Under the pieces are notes generated by a model. It did not search any database. It was not told where the DNA came from and saw only the letters and a list, made by a program, of their open reading frames with translations. The position numbers and the translations under genes were made by a program. From the NCBI GenBank assembly GCA_050293845.1, contig JBNKNM010000107.1, forward strand, positions 1 to 17,849: a DNA stretch of 17,849 bases. Reading direction: 5' to 3'. Positions 9,201 to 17,849 of the stretch are shown in pieces. This DNA comes from Pseudobacteriovorax sp. GTDB lineage: Bacteria; Bdellovibrionota_B; Oligoflexia; Oligoflexales; Oligoflexaceae. Numbering within the stretch: position 1 is the first letter of the stretch; every line of letters starts with the position of its first letter.

Positions 9201-9704
9201 GTGGATCGGACGGACACCTTTGACTTTAAATATCTAAAGGGAGAGTCGTTGGTGGGACGATTGGAGCTATCAGCACTGCGACTAAGAGCTGTTGCAATTT
9301 TCGCCCATTGCTTCACCTGCTCCAAGAACAGCGCGGCAGCCTCAAGAATATCCCGCAGCCTCACCCAATCAGGTATTGGCGTTCTTAGATTTGATTTTAC
9401 CGGGCTTGGCAACAGCGAAGGAGACTTCTCCAATAGTAACTTTTCATCCAATATCGAAGATATCCTTGCGGCATCTACAGCCCTTAAAAAGGAGTTTACA
9501 ATCCAGCCTAGCATTCTTATCGGCCACAGCCTAGGTGGAGCTGCGGTATTGGCTGCAGCTCTGAAAATACCAGATATCAAGGCTGTTGTCGCCATCGCAG
9601 CACCTAGTGATGCCAGCCATGTAACCGCTAACTTCAAGTGTAGCCTGTACACCATCAATCAGCAGGGTGTCGCCGATGTTGAGCTGGCTGGGCGTACGTT
9701 CACG
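9201..9704 (+). pseudogene. Truncated alpha/beta hydrolase (N-terminal part of the hydrolase/OsmC bifunctional family)
   Basis: [41 protein letters not shown]. Homology stops at ~9704, before the catalytic Asp/His and the OsmC domain. The ORF runs on to 9776 through unrelated sequence. Confidence 0.85.
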
Positions 9705-9706
9705 AA

Positions 9707-9905
9707 AGCTCGTATATGTTCTCTCAAATGTTGGATTGGACGTGTAAAAAGTATGGATCACTGGTGCTCTATTTGAATCTGGGCAATCGGTCCCTCACCT
9801 ATTCAAGCTGTGGTAAAGTCGAAAAATCCTCACGCAAAGACCAAGAAAGGTTTGCATTTTTTCGGCAAATGTGGACACTATTGCCGCGATATATATTAGA
9901 AATAT
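9707..9905 (+). mobile_element. tnpB: Degenerate C-terminal fragment of an IS200/IS605 TnpB
   Basis: [50 protein letters not shown], then in other frames GKCGH (9864-9878) and AAIYIRN (from 9883). This parallels the TnpB pattern WxxFxxMLxYKxxxxG...TSxxCSxCG...R.SQ..F.C..CG...D.NAAxNI. Confidence 0.7.
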
Positions 9906-10195
9906 CAATGACTTGCACTCTGTAAAAAGCCGCTCTATTAAAAACACTCTTCTTCATAGCTTTAAGTATTCTGGATTCCATCCTGCAATAGTTTAGGACA
10001 AATGGGGGGGTGATCGTATAGTAATAGAATTTTCTCAAATAAAAATTTCTAGTGAAATTCGCGCAACGAATTCCAGCTTCTTAGAAGATAGTATTTGTTG
10101 CGGAACTAGTATCGAAGATTGGTGCTCTAACAGAGCTTTCAAATGACTTAAAGACAATCCTTTAAGGGGCTAATTGATTGCCTCCTAGTCAGAAA

Positions 10196-10864
10196 CTAGC
10201 GGTAAAGGGTGTTTAAGCCTTGGATATCATCACTTGATAAGGTTTCTGCATTGCTGCAATAACTCATCACTGAGTTGCCATCATAATTGGTTAAATAGGC
10301 AATATTACCAGCTTCATAAGCCACTTCACCAGTAGAACAACCGTCGGTTACATCGGTACGTGCATGTTCATGGCGTAATCCTAGGGCATGACCGAACTCA
10401 TGGGTTGGAGTGCCTTTACTAAGGGGGTAAAGGAACATATTGAAGCCGATACCGCTATAGCTCTTTCCTGCAAGTCTATATAGATCGCCCTGGCAAGCAG
10501 CATAGGAACTTGGACCTGGTCCGATGTGACTGCAACCAAGAATATAGCCACCATTATAAGAAATCGCATTATCGATTTTAATACGGATAGTTGGAACTGA
10601 CGAAGTACTGTTACAGAATCCCCAACCAGTGAATCTAATCTTATTAGTTTTATTGTAGCTTGCCGTTACTTCATCTCTGATACTGTCACGGTATTGCTGC
10701 CAACTTGGATTCTGATCCACAAAGCATACTGGAATAGAGCTTGGATTGCTCCATAATGCTGATAAGTCTGCTACACTATCAAGATCTGATGTAGAGCTAT
10801 TTTGATTAACGCCACAACTTGTCATCCATAGAGCCACTACAAGGTATACTAATGCCTTCATCAT
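10196..10864 (-). CDS. Lipoprotein metzincin zinc metalloprotease (M10/M12/M57-like)
   Basis: HEFGHALGLRHEH zinc motif and Met-turn SVMSY; lipobox WMTSC; AAGGAG RBS precedes ATG at 10864 (ORF track start 10885). Confidence 0.88.
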   Translation of the reverse strand: MMKALVYLVVALWMTSCGVNQNSSTSDLDSVADLSALWSNPSSIPVCFVDQNPSWQQYRDSIRDEVTASYNKTNKIRFTGWGFCNSTSSVPTIRIKIDNAISYNGGYILGCSHIGPGPSSYAACQGDLYRLAGKSYSGIGFNMFLYPLSKGTPTHEFGHALGLRHEHARTDVTDGCSTGEVAYEAGNIAYLTNYDGNSVMSYCSNAETLSSDDIQGLNTLYR

Positions 10865-10967
10865 TTTCTCCTTTTGCATATGCATTGATTGGCTGGTTAG
10901 TCAAAGACTTAAAAGAACTTCTACCATAGATAGAATTACTAATAAAGTTTTTTCATTCTACCTGGTG

Positions 10968-11008
10968 ATTTTACCCATTAGGATTGCAAAACTATTAATT
11001 TTACCCAT
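10968..11008. repeat. Perfect 11-bp direct repeat ATTTTACCCAT x2, period 30 bp
   Basis: Copies at 10968-10978 and 10998-11008, about 105-145 bp upstream of the minus-strand protease start. Confidence 0.75.
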
Positions 11009-11344
11009 AGCCAATTTTTCAAGCTAGTTTTGTATGATGATTATATTAAAGCGATTCTTCTTATCTGGATTATTAGGCGTAATTGTTTATATTTACGAAG
11101 AATTAATGACCGCCAAATAGGCATTATTCTCCTGAATTCCAAGGTAAGAAAGAGTCTATTTTTGCAAAGCATGGTCAATAATGGCCTTTAAAATTGGTAG
11201 CTCTGTTTTAAAAATAGCCCGCTGATGATAGCCGAAGGTCGTGGTTGCCTAATTTGCCTTAAGACCAACTCATTTGTACCAAGACTTGGCCATCCGGTGG
11301 AGCCAAGGAACAGTAAGACCTACCCTTCCTCGATAAAAATAGCG

Positions 11345-11972
<628 letters not shown>

Positions 11973-12091
11973 GTACATTTTTTTTGAATTTAACGGGAGC
12001 GAATAGATTGCGAGGATATAAGGATTATCGAATGGAATTAAATTGTAACAGCTGGAGTTTCACTTTACGATAGTGCTTTCCAAAATTGTAA

Positions 12092-12124
12092 GATATCACT
12101 CTGATATTGCTCTGATATCACAAA
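12092..12124. promoter_or_regulatory. Three imperfect 11-bp tandem repeats, candidate regulator-binding site
   Basis: GATATCACTCT / GATATTGCTCT / GATATCACAAA at 12092, 12103 and 12114, about 135-165 bp upstream of the 12257 gene. Confidence 0.5.
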
Positions 12125-12256
12125 TCTTACGTATAGGATCAATTGTTGCAAAGTTAAAATCGTGAGTCAGATTCGCAAATCGAATAGTCCAGATTTGATG
12201 TGACTTTCTCTTTGCTGTTGATATTTTATGTTAAGTTGCCCTGAAGAGTATCGATT

Positions 12257-13513
12257 ATGTTCGCTAAACCACTAATCTCATTATTCTGTTTAATTTCACT
12301 TTATTCGCAAGCCTTTGCAAAAAATGAGATCTTTCTGGATTTTCCCTCCATAGACTATGATGAAGGTGAGATCTTAGTACGACGAGTCTTAGTGAATGAT
12401 GGACCCGCAACCAAATGGTGGGGGCTTCGTAGTTCACAGGTAAATCTCTTCAAGTTCAAATTACAAAAGAGTAGCCTTTTCTTAAGAGATCCTCGCAAAC
12501 CTAGTGCTGAATCAATTGATTTAAAGATCTTAATGAGTAAGGATAAAATCCTCACAGTTGAGATAGGTAGACTAATTAGCTCATACGATATCAGAGATTT
12601 TGCCATTGATCCATTAGGTATGCCTGTTAAAGATAATGGTGGCGATTTTAGGGTAGTAGAAAAAAAACTAGATCTATCAAATTTTGAGCTTGCGCGAATT
12701 TCACAAGTGAATTCTAACATTGTTCAGTTTTCACTAAAAAGAGTAAAATCTGCTAAAGTTGCTAACCCATCTTCACATCTAGATGCAATCAAAGAGATCA
12801 ACTACCAGATTCAACTAAGCAGTAAAAGGGATGAAAGTTTTTTTGTCGAAAAAAGGTTGGATTCGTACTTTGAGAAATATGGTTTTTTTCATGAGAAGTC
12901 CTATTCCTCAGCCTATAAGTGGAATCTTGCCAAAGGTCCGCAGTTATTCTTTCTAGATAAAGGACTACCCGATATTTTTGAAAAATCAATAAGAAAATCG
13001 ATTGCCTATTGGAACGAAGTCTTTCAAAGAAAGATTATAGCGCTTTCTGATGAGAGAAAGGAGTGCAATCACTCTTTTAGTATTAATATAATTTGCTGGG
13101 TTAATAATGAGGTACCTGGCGCTACCTACACGGCGCAGTATCACCCAAGGACGGGCGAAGCTCTATCCGGCATGGAAGTGATTCTACCCTCTAATTGGTT
13201 TAAAAATCGAGATAGATCAGAGATCGAAGGAAAGCTAACTGTAACGCTGGCACACGAACTCGGCCATTTACTTGGTTTTCAGCATAATTTCTTTACTCCT
13301 TGGGAAGGTCTTCGAAATGAAAAGAATGTTTCAAATTCAGTAATGGCCTATCTCGACTGGAATGCTTCAGTTAAGCTTTCGAAAAGCCTTGGCTCAAAGG
13401 GGTTTTATCTTGAAGCAGACAAAGCATTTGCTGATTTTCTTTACTTTAATAAGCCATTTAAAGCCATTTTGAAGGCTGGCTTTCTTAGTGATCATTCCTT
13501 TGAAAAATCATAA
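12257..13513 (+). CDS. Secreted zinc-dependent metalloprotease (EcxA/DUF4953-like metzincin)
   Basis: Sec signal ending SQAFA; KW...P..FFLDKGLP...I..WNEVF; HPRTGE; HELGHLLGFQHNF; Met-turn NSVMAY. Confidence 0.85.
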   Translation: MFAKPLISLFCLISLYSQAFAKNEIFLDFPSIDYDEGEILVRRVLVNDGPATKWWGLRSSQVNLFKFKLQKSSLFLRDPRKPSAESIDLKILMSKDKILTVEIGRLISSYDIRDFAIDPLGMPVKDNGGDFRVVEKKLDLSNFELARISQVNSNIVQFSLKRVKSAKVANPSSHLDAIKEINYQIQLSSKRDESFFVEKRLDSYFEKYGFFHEKSYSSAYKWNLAKGPQLFFLDKGLPDIFEKSIRKSIAYWNEVFQRKIIALSDERKECNHSFSINIICWVNNEVPGATYTAQYHPRTGEALSGMEVILPSNWFKNRDRSEIEGKLTVTLAHELGHLLGFQHNFFTPWEGLRNEKNVSNSVMAYLDWNASVKLSKSLGSKGFYLEADKAFADFLYFNKPFKAILKAGFLSDHSFEKS

Positions 13514-13573
13514 GATGTATCAAGCGGCTATAGAATACAATTGGAAACCCCGGGAATCACGCCTTTTTTTGTG

Positions 13574-16500
13574 TCAATTTTGTAGTAAGGCATTCCAACT
13601 TTCTGGCGGTCCAAGGTAGCTTTCTTTTAAGCCTCCTGTGTTAATAACAATTTTTTGAATTATAACTGTTGGATCGATCATCCAAAATTTCAAAACGTGC
13701 CTACCAACCTCATTTATAGAATGATGACTCATGCTTAAACTAAGATTATTTGAAGTGTTGCGCTCCCATGATTTGTTCATAGGGATTCCATTCAGTTGCT
13801 CCGTGACGTTAATAATTTGGGGTTCATGGTCATTTATTGATATTCCATACTTCAGTCCTTCACCATATAGAACATCGTTTCGCGGTGATAGATAAACAAA
13901 GATCTCAACGTCGCCGGCATTGAAAATGTGAAAGTCGAATTCTAGTCTAGGAGAATCTTCTGTGATGGTTTGCCTTGTGGCGGTTACAGGAAAGGGTGTC
14001 ATACCATCACCAGTGCGTCCTATACCAGAAATTTTTTGCCAAAAAATAGGCATTTGATCTACCTTCCTAGTGAAATGAGATGCCTCCATTGAGATATAGC
14101 CATTGCTTTCAACAAAGCCTGATGTTTGTTGTAGATCTAAGGGCAAGTTTTCAATTTCCGCATCAACTATGATATTTTGTTCAGAAGGCCCTTTAATAGT
14201 GATCGGCACCTGGGAGGTTCCTATGGGAACTGAGGTCCAATCTATACTTATCTCTACACGAACTTCTTTTTCTACCTTTCCTTGCTGAGGCTCAACGATA
14301 ATCCATGGGACGCCAACTTCAATTTTGTAATTAAAAGGAGTTGACCCCCGATTAAATACTTCAATATATTGCCCTGTTTGATTTTGGTATGGACTGAACT
14401 TGGGTAAGATGGCAGGCGAAACCTCTTGAGGCCAGACTTTTTCTGATCCGTCGATGGCTACACCCATACTAGCTTCGATGGGCACTACATGATTGACTAA
14501 TTCTGGCCAAATAAAGTCTGGGTCTGCTACGTAGTTGGTCTCAGGTTGTTGCCAGCTGGAATTGGGGTAATCACCTCCGTAGGCTAAGTAAGGTTGAAGC
14601 TGCCAATTATGCCATTTTCCACCAGAAAGCTCAGTGTTATAATATTCAGCCATAGCTGTGCTTTCATTGAATTTTTGTTGAGCAATGTGGGCCATATCGT
14701 TTGTAGCAGAACGTTCTTGCTTTTTGTATAAGAGATTTTTAAATCCAGCTAGGCGCAGTTCATACATAAGGGCACTGGCTTTAACTTGATAATAAACAAG
14801 CTGGTAATAAGCATCCTGGAAATTTTCTGGAATTCTTGACCTAAGGTTACTAGCCTGCTGAGCAAGTTGCTGCCATTGGGACGTCACACGTTCCATTTCC
14901 CTATAATTTATGAGACTAAACGGTGAGCCATCTTCATAAACTACAGCTTCATTTGGGTTTTGCGTAATATCAAAATCGGGATTTAAACTTATCTTCCTAT
15001 TTAATAATTCTGGCTTACGATTGGACTGCAATTTTCCATAAGTCGCTAATATTTTAGCTATTTCATCACCAAAATCCTTGCCGAATTGCTTTGATGCCCA
15101 ACTCAACTCCCATTCATGTAGCTTGTCAATAGGAATAAGATCTGGGTTCCATGCATAATCAAGGAAAAACTCAAGAGGAAACTCCTCGTTTTTGAGGTCT
15201 CCTACGTTAACTACCCATAACCTATCAACTCCATATTGGTAAGATAAGTGCAGCTGCTCCCAGATATTTGCCAAATTATTAGTATCAACCCACTTATAGT
15301 TGCGGCCACCTCCAACGTAATCAAAGTGATAGTAGAGTCCATATCCTCCCGTTCTCTTTGGTAATGAAAGGTCAGGAAGTTTTCTCATATTGCCCCAGTT
15401 ATCATCGCACCATACAACTGTTACATCATCCGGTACCCTGATCCCCGCTTCCCAGTAGTCCAGAATTTCCTTATACAACGTCCACACTTGGGGCGTTTCG
15501 ATAGGATTTTTCCCCGTTACCTCGGAAATTATAGATCGTTGTTTTTCGATAACCCTTTCGATTAAGTCAATACCATCTTCTTTTGGTAAACCCACATCAC
15601 CAGGACCGCGCATACCTAGAGTCACGATTCCTTCGAAATCTTCGTTTACCATAAGTTGGATACCGTATCTCCAATATTTTTCGAGAGCCGTTGGGTTTTT
15701 CGAATAACGCCATTCACCGGTCCCACCATAGGGGTCATTGCCAGCCTCAATAATTGCTCCGTGTTCATCTCTTTTTGCTGGAGTTACATTTCGATTCCAT
15801 TCTTCTATGCCACGCATCATAGGAGCTTCATGGGACGTCCCCATGACGATACCATAAAGTTTGGCAGTTGCATGGTTTTCAGGATCATCTTCAGCAAATG
15901 CTCGCCCCCATACTGCTGGCCATAAGTAATTTGCTTTTAGACGAAGCATAACCTCGAACACTTTGCTATAGAGCTCTTTATTAAATCCATTTGGGTATTG
16001 CGGATGATGCCCTTTACCAAAAAAGTCTGGACCCCAAGTCCCCAGATTTGGGTTTTCGTCATTGATAAAGAAACCGCGGTACTTTACAGCAGGTTCTCCT
16101 AATGTGTGTCTGCCTTGAACAACATATATATTATTTCTTTTGATTGGTGGCACATCATCCCAAAAATGCCAGGGAGAAACTCCCATTTTATAAGACAAAT
16201 CATATATTCCAAAGATTGTTGCTCGTTGATCACTACCTGCGATGACTAGTGCACTTTCGACACCCGGAAAAGGATTTTCGATACTTGTGGTTAAAAAAGT
16301 CTCCCACTTTCCTTTTATATCATCAACATTAAGCTTGCCATTACGAATAAGCTCTTCAATAATACGACTTTTTCCGATGGTTCCAACAATTAATACGTTC
16401 GATAATGATGAGGCATCATCAAAAATAATATTGGGGACAATACTGGTTACTTTAGCTATGTCAGACTGCAAATCTTTGGTTGCTCGAACTACTCCCGGAA

Positions 16501-16693
16501 AATCGTCGTTATTCAACAGAATAGGGACTGCATTTCCTGCGGTAACCAAGCTAAAGCTTTCTGGTATCGGTTCAAAAACCACATAGTCTAAGTTTTTTTC
16601 CGGATGGGGCTGATTTTTGTTTTTATCTCTGGCCGCACAAGAAAGAATTAAGCTTTGCACTAAAGTTAATATTAAAAGTTTCATTAAAGCCAT
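13574..16693 (-). CDS. GH115 xylan alpha-1,2-glucuronidase, predicted lipoprotein
   Basis: GH115 motifs GVSPWHFW, VKYRGFFINDE, LRLKANYLWPAVW, MGTSHEAPMMR, DDNWGNMR, YYHFDYVGGGRNYKW, VNVGDLK, C-terminal SYLGPPES; lipobox ILSC; AAGGA RBS. Confidence 0.95.
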   Translation of the reverse strand: MALMKLLILTLVQSLILSCAARDKNKNQPHPEKNLDYVVFEPIPESFSLVTAGNAVPILLNNDDFPGVVRATKDLQSDIAKVTSIVPNIIFDDASSLSNVLIVGTIGKSRIIEELIRNGKLNVDDIKGKWETFLTTSIENPFPGVESALVIAGSDQRATIFGIYDLSYKMGVSPWHFWDDVPPIKRNNIYVVQGRHTLGEPAVKYRGFFINDENPNLGTWGPDFFGKGHHPQYPNGFNKELYSKVFEVMLRLKANYLWPAVWGRAFAEDDPENHATAKLYGIVMGTSHEAPMMRGIEEWNRNVTPAKRDEHGAIIEAGNDPYGGTGEWRYSKNPTALEKYWRYGIQLMVNEDFEGIVTLGMRGPGDVGLPKEDGIDLIERVIEKQRSIISEVTGKNPIETPQVWTLYKEILDYWEAGIRVPDDVTVVWCDDNWGNMRKLPDLSLPKRTGGYGLYYHFDYVGGGRNYKWVDTNNLANIWEQLHLSYQYGVDRLWVVNVGDLKNEEFPLEFFLDYAWNPDLIPIDKLHEWELSWASKQFGKDFGDEIAKILATYGKLQSNRKPELLNRKISLNPDFDITQNPNEAVVYEDGSPFSLINYREMERVTSQWQQLAQQASNLRSRIPENFQDAYYQLVYYQVKASALMYELRLAGFKNLLYKKQERSATNDMAHIAQQKFNESTAMAEYYNTELSGGKWHNWQLQPYLAYGGDYPNSSWQQPETNYVADPDFIWPELVNHVVPIEASMGVAIDGSEKVWPQEVSPAILPKFSPYQNQTGQYIEVFNRGSTPFNYKIEVGVPWIIVEPQQGKVEKEVRVEISIDWTSVPIGTSQVPITIKGPSEQNIIVDAEIENLPLDLQQTSGFVESNGYISMEASHFTRKVDQMPIFWQKISGIGRTGDGMTPFPVTATRQTITEDSPRLEFDFHIFNAGDVEIFVYLSPRNDVLYGEGLKYGISINDHEPQIINVTEQLNGIPMNKSWERNTSNNLSLSMSHHSINEVGRHVLKFWMIDPTVIIQKIVINTGGLKESYLGPPESWNALLQN

Positions 16694-16708
16694 ACTTTTC
16701 CTTTCTCG

Positions 16709-17040
16709 TCAAAGACGGATCGATCGCTCGACATCTTCGTACGTGTTACGAGAACCATTCCCCTGCACATTAATCGGACCCGTCACACTAAGTACCAAGT
16801 ATAGTCCGCGTGACCTCAGATGGTTAGCATAAGGAACAATAAAATTTTGAATCCAACCGTTTAATTGCCTCCGATCAACTACATCCATCCCCCACGAAGT
16901 ACAATATTATTACCATCAGGGTCTTTTAAAAGACGGCCTTCAACATGTAAAAACGGGGTGAGCTACCTTTCCATGAAGACAAATGGGTGCTTCAAATCCA
17001 GATCAAAAGAATTACCGTTACTGACAATGGTGTCAATGTA
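16709..17040 (-). pseudogene. Heavily deleted GH5 (xylanase subfamily-like) glycoside hydrolase remnant
   Basis: Minus strand: hydrophobic signal-like VTVILLIWI* and SWKGSSPR, a frameshift to LHVEGRLLKDPDGNNIVLRGGWM* (16950-16879), then a jump to VVDRRQLNGWIQNFIVPYANHLRSRGLYLVLSVTGPINVQGNGSRN (from 16882). These resemble N-terminal and later segments of GH5 xylanases (GH5_21-like). Not in the ORF track. Confidence 0.75.
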
Positions 17041-17123
17041 GCTGAAACATCGTTGTTTTCGGGGTTGAAATTGCTATGATAGCTCTATAATCCGATAATC
17101 AAATGTGTTACAGCTTCATCGAC

Positions 17124-17150
17124 GGAGCCTGTCGGTACCGACATTGCTCC
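17124..17150 (-). terminator. GC-rich hairpin just downstream of the esterase-CBM13 gene
   Basis: GGAGC-C-TGTCGGTACCGACA-TT-GCTCC contains a perfect 14-bp palindrome (17130-17143) and outer GGAGC/GCTCC arms, 17 nt after the stop. No U-tract. Confidence 0.55.
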
Positions 17151-17167
17151 CTTGAACCCTACCATCA

Positions 17168-17849
17168 TCAGCGCAGGTTCCACCGCTGATTCGACTGTCC
17201 ATTGCACGACCATAGGATTAGCTTTGTACCGTTGCCGGTACCCTGACCAGTGGCATCCAAACACAAACCGGACTGCGCCCCAGTAATCGTACCATCCGCG
17301 TTGACGTTCCACTGTTGATTCGCCTGACCATTGCAGTCCCAGATGACAACCGGAGTACCATTGCTGGTCCCCTGCCCCGATGCGTCTAAGCACTTATTAC
17401 CGTAGACCATGAACTGCTTGCTTGATGTGTACGTCCAGTTTTGATTCGCGTCTCCGGTACAGTCCCACAACTGCACCTCAGCGCCATTGGTGGTACTGGT
17501 GTTAGGGACCTCTATGCACCGCTCTGACTGTTCTCCTACGATTTCCGTGTCCTCAGTAGGTGGTGGTGGTGGTGGTGGTGGTGGTGGTGTCGAGTCGTCA
17601 AACTGTGAGAAAAACTCCCACACCACGGGACGGGTCCAGGACAGTTCACCGGCACCTGACCCGTCGGATCTGCCATCCACAGGACCAGGCGTGTGTCCGC
17701 CGTCGAAAGCAGCCCAGGCCACTGGATAACCCTCTCGGCAGCCGGAGTAGTGGGTGACAATATGTGATAGACTACCTTGTGCAGGTTCCGGTGGATTTTG
17801 GGGAGTGCAGCCGTTGTTCCGGACGAAGTTGTCTCGCAGCGAACGCCCC
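17168..17849 (-). CDS. Partial (5' end outside window) feruloyl-esterase-like (CE1/FaeC-type) protein with poly-Pro linker and ricin B-type CBM13
   Basis: The frame is open to the window edge: GRSLRDNFVRNNGCTPQNPPEPAQGSLSHIVTHYSGCREGYPVAWAAFDGGH...WEFFSQF (esterase C-terminus with a likely catalytic His), then P10, then three QxW ricin repeats (QNW, QQW, QRW) resembling the Streptomyces XlnA CBM13. Confidence 0.88.
   Translation of the reverse strand, partial: GRSLRDNFVRNNGCTPQNPPEPAQGSLSHIVTHYSGCREGYPVAWAAFDGGHTPGPVDGRSDGSGAGELSWTRPVVWEFFSQFDDSTPPPPPPPPPPTEDTEIVGEQSERCIEVPNTSTTNGAEVQLWDCTGDANQNWTYTSSKQFMVYGNKCLDASGQGTSNGTPVVIWDCNGQANQQWNVNADGTITGAQSGLCLDATGQGTGNGTKLILWSCNGQSNQRWNLR
17559..17588. 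repeat. (GGT)10 trinucleotide microsatellite encoding the poly-proline linker
   Basis: Ten perfect GGT units; on the minus strand these give nine CCA codons plus one CCT. Confidence 0.95.

Noticed and set aside
9197..10038. ORFs 9197-9658, 9292-9534, 9531-9761 and 9799-10038
   Set aside because: Shadows of the hydrolase and TnpB remnants.
11035..11340. Short hydrophobic ORF MMIILKRFFLSGLLGVIVY… (+) and a minus-strand peptide …FKTELPILKAIIDHALQK resembling a solute-binding protein end
   Set aside because: Too short and interrupted to assign by eye; needs BLASTx.
13548..13570. CCCGGGAATCACGCCTTTTTTT as an intrinsic terminator
   Set aside because: The U-tract and one arm are present but the complementary arm is missing; at most half of a deleted terminator.
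12355..16832. Antisense ORFs within the metzincin, GH115 and GH5 relic
   Set aside because: Opposite-strand shadows with no independent evidence.
17085..17760. Poly-Gly, poly-His and poly-Val ORFs and ORF 17085-17393
   Set aside because: Alternate readings of the (GGT)10 repeat and the GC-rich CBM13 gene; only the poly-Pro frame links recognisable domains.

Overview
Bacterial window, roughly 38-40% GC by spot counts. The gene types suggest Bdellovibrionota/Oligoflexia (inference). The left 5 kb is an intact co-directional cluster: a DUF429-like RNase H-fold protein with a Cys cluster and His at two normally acidic sites, a PP2C phosphatase, a GYF_2-like single-pass membrane protein, and a TPR plus probable outer-membrane beta-barrel protein. 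The other ~12.8 kb is an accessory, decaying region. Four intact exported hydrolases (DUF885 lipoprotein, two metzincins, GH115 alpha-glucuronidase) and a partial high-GC esterase-CBM13 gene lie among at least eight gene remnants. The remnants are a lipoprotein, an IS91-like transposase, IS66 TnpC, an alpha/beta hydrolase, TnpB, a tail-collar-like protein, a CE1 esterase and a GH5 xylanase-like gene; several are fused end to end and missed or mistranslated by the ORF track. The right end is a mosaic xylan-debranching locus. No rRNA, tRNA or CRISPR array was seen. All family calls come from motif recognition by eye, not database searches.
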